A DNA stretch of 63,038 nt, the filler included, from Octopus bimaculoides (taxonomy: Eukaryota): assembly GCF_001194135.2 (NCBI RefSeq). It is 8 parts of 8 records of this genome, joined end to end, with 100 filler letters (N's around TTAATTAATTAA, not from the genome) between each part and the next. Parts side by side here need not be neighbours in the genome. Positions count along the whole stretch, not along the records: positions 54,673 to 61,001 come from NC_068993.1; positions 61,102 to 63,038 come from NW_026437965.1; 6 more parts are not named here. One strand, written 5' to 3'. The notes beneath the pieces were generated by a model, which saw only the letters and a program-made list of their open reading frames with translations, did no database searches and had not been told where the DNA came from. The position numbers and the translations under genes are program-made. Positions within the stretch are counted from its first letter, which is position 1; each line of letters opens with the position of its first letter. Positions 60,763 through 63,038 of the stretch are shown here, piece after piece.

Positions 60763-62550
60763 TATTATTATTATTATTATTATTGTTCATTAGTTTTAAT
60801 TTTATAACGTGCTTTCACTTCACTACCGAGCGCAGCTCTGTGCGCCTTGGGTATGTGCTGTGGTTTGATGTGATGCTCTTATGGTTACTCTATTGAAAAT
60901 GTTTTGTGTAGGATGTGTGCAGTGCCCAGTAGTGCAATTTTCTGTATGTTATATATATTTGTAAGTCCTGCCATTTTTTCATTGAGTGCCTTATGTATTT
61001 TNNNNNNNNNNNNNNNNNNNNNNNNNNNNNNNNNNNNNNNNNNNNTTAATTAATTAANNNNNNNNNNNNNNNNNNNNNNNNNNNNNNNNNNNNNNNNNNN
61101 NATGTGGTTTGTAAGCAAGCTACTTACCACACAGCCACTCCTACGCCTACTGTTGGTGTATTTTGTGAATGTGATTTTTACCAGTTGTCATGTCACCTTC
61201 CACTACCTACCTGTAACTCTGAACCAACCAAAGCATGGTACCTATATTTAGGCTATAAACAGTTTTGCAAAGTAAGGCAAAATTAATAGAACAATGAAAA
61301 GAAGAAAAAAAAGAGTTAAATCAGGTAAATATCTTCAAAGCAACAGCTGTTTAGTCTCAGATCAGCCATAACTTATTAGGCTTATGATCAAATACATTCT
61401 AGTCTTGACCATCCTGCCTTTTATTCATATCTACAACTTTATTATCCAATATATCCTTCCTTTTCCAAGACAGTAGAATGTGATTTATGAGATTCTGTTA
61501 CTATTTCAAATGGATTCAGTAAACGCATAAAAGTTCCCACAATGTTTTAAACCTTCAACCACAATGACAGCTNNNNNNNNNNNNNNNNNNNNNNNNNNNN
61601 NNNNNNNNNNNNNNNNNNNNNNNNNNNNNNNNNNNNNNNNNNNNNNNNNNNNNNNNNNNNNNNNNNNNNNNNNNNNNNNNNNNNNNNNNNNNNNNNNNNN
61701 NNNNNNNNNNNNNNNNNNNNNNNNNNNNNNNNNNNNNNNNNNNNNNNNNNNNNNNNNNNNNNNNNNNNNNNNNNNNNNNNNNNNNNNNNNNNNNNNNNNN
61801 NNNNNNNNNNNNNNNNNNNNNNNNNNNNNNNNNNNNNNNNNNNNNNNNNNNNNNNNNNNNNNNNNNNNNNNNNNNNNNNNNNNNNNNNNNNNNNNNNNNN
61901 NNNNNNNNNNNNNNNNNNNNNNNNNNNNNNNNNNNNNNNNNNNNNNNNNNNNNNNNNNNNNNNNNNNNNNNNNNNNNNNNNNNNNNNNNNNNNNNNNNNN
62001 NNNNNNNNNNNNNNNNNNNNNNNNNNNNNNNNNNNNNNNNNNNNNNNNNNNNNNNNNNNNNNNNNNNNNNNNNNNNNNNNNNNNNNNNNNNNTGACACCG
62101 GCATCGGTCATATTACCTCCGTGTATTTAAGATTCATCTTATTGTATGCAAACCAGCAAGGGAACTTCTACATAGATTTTCAATCTGCTAGCAGGCAAAT
62201 CCACTTCAAACTCTTATCTTTAAAATGGAGTGGCAGGGTACATGTAAATTCTTAGTTCAAGTGCAATGGGCCTATTATAAAGACAGAGCAATAACACTGA
62301 TCAAAGAATATAAAAAATTATTTTCATACATACCCAGACCAGTATGGAAAAACAGATTTAAACCAAACCAACAACAACAACTGACTTAGATATCAATGGT
62401 AGACTATTACACTTTTTGTATACCCAATAACTATATCATTCAATAATGTGATTCCAATTACACTTTTTCTACAAATAGAGCAAGGCCATCTTCCTGAGGT
62501 CAAGGTCTTACCAAGGTCAAAAAAAACTATCTAAAAATATTCTACTTTAA

Positions 62551-62752
62551 CCCTCTTGTCACCATATTCTTTGTTTCAATTAATTTTGAAAATAATGAAG
62601 AATGTTGTAAAATAACTGTCATTATTAAGTTGGTGCATGGAACTTAAATTAATATGAAATTTTGATGGAAGGTCTTAATTTAGATCACTTTAAAATGGGA
62701 AATTTGTATCAAAGAACCAAGAGCAGTCTTAAGTGGGTTGGCATCAAAAGGG
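62551..62752. mobile_element. piggyBac-type MITE
   Basis: TTAA|ccctcttgtcacca ... tggcatcaaaaggg|TTAA. Confidence 0.65.
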
Positions 62753-63038
62753 TTAATATCTGTCTAACATCATTCCCATTCAAAAACTGTTTATTCCATA
62801 TGTCTATTAGAGTTCTTTGAGATATGCTGCAATGAGGACAGTATTCTTAAATTTCATATCAAACACCAAATCAGGAGTCAAAACTTAAATCTAAATGAGA
62901 AAACTGGTACCAGAATATTTCAAAAGTTATAAGAATGCTGTATATTAGAGAAAGAAAACAAGAGTCTGTTTAGCTCTGGAAACTTTCTATGAAGTGCTAC
63001 CTTCAAGTAGCAATGTCAGGCCAAAACTTGCCTACCAT

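Overview
AT-rich, microsatellite- and gap-ridden eukaryotic genomic DNA. The SINE and RTE repeat families point to an octopus draft assembly; this is an inference. Seven 100-bp gaps carry an artificial TTAATTAATTAA spacer. Two host genes converge. (1) KDM8/JMJD5 (+, 29654-31177) has its whole CDS in one exon, just behind a splice acceptor. (2) A divergent chitin synthase (-) has six in-frame GT-AG exons traceable from 43174 to 34334, about 790 codons with no stops. It carries an unusually long insertion in the catalytic domain, and its 5' end and GEDR/QRRRW/WGTR exons were not found. The rest is transposon debris: RTE and BovB-like LINEs and their 3' tails, R4/Dong-clade RLE retrotransposons, Penelope-like element (PLE) fragments, maT (DD37D) and irritans-type mariner remnants, mariner/piggyBac/hAT-type MITEs and several tRNA-derived SINE families. 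The most notable observations are two minimal type-I hammerhead-ribozyme-like motifs in a short dispersed repeat (22004-22039 +, 53298-53333 -), the intronless KDM8 bracketed by a diverged direct repeat, the atypical chitin synthase, and a Dong-like 3' end sitting in a (TAA)n array. All repeat coordinates are approximate, and all family assignments are from motif recognition, not database searches.
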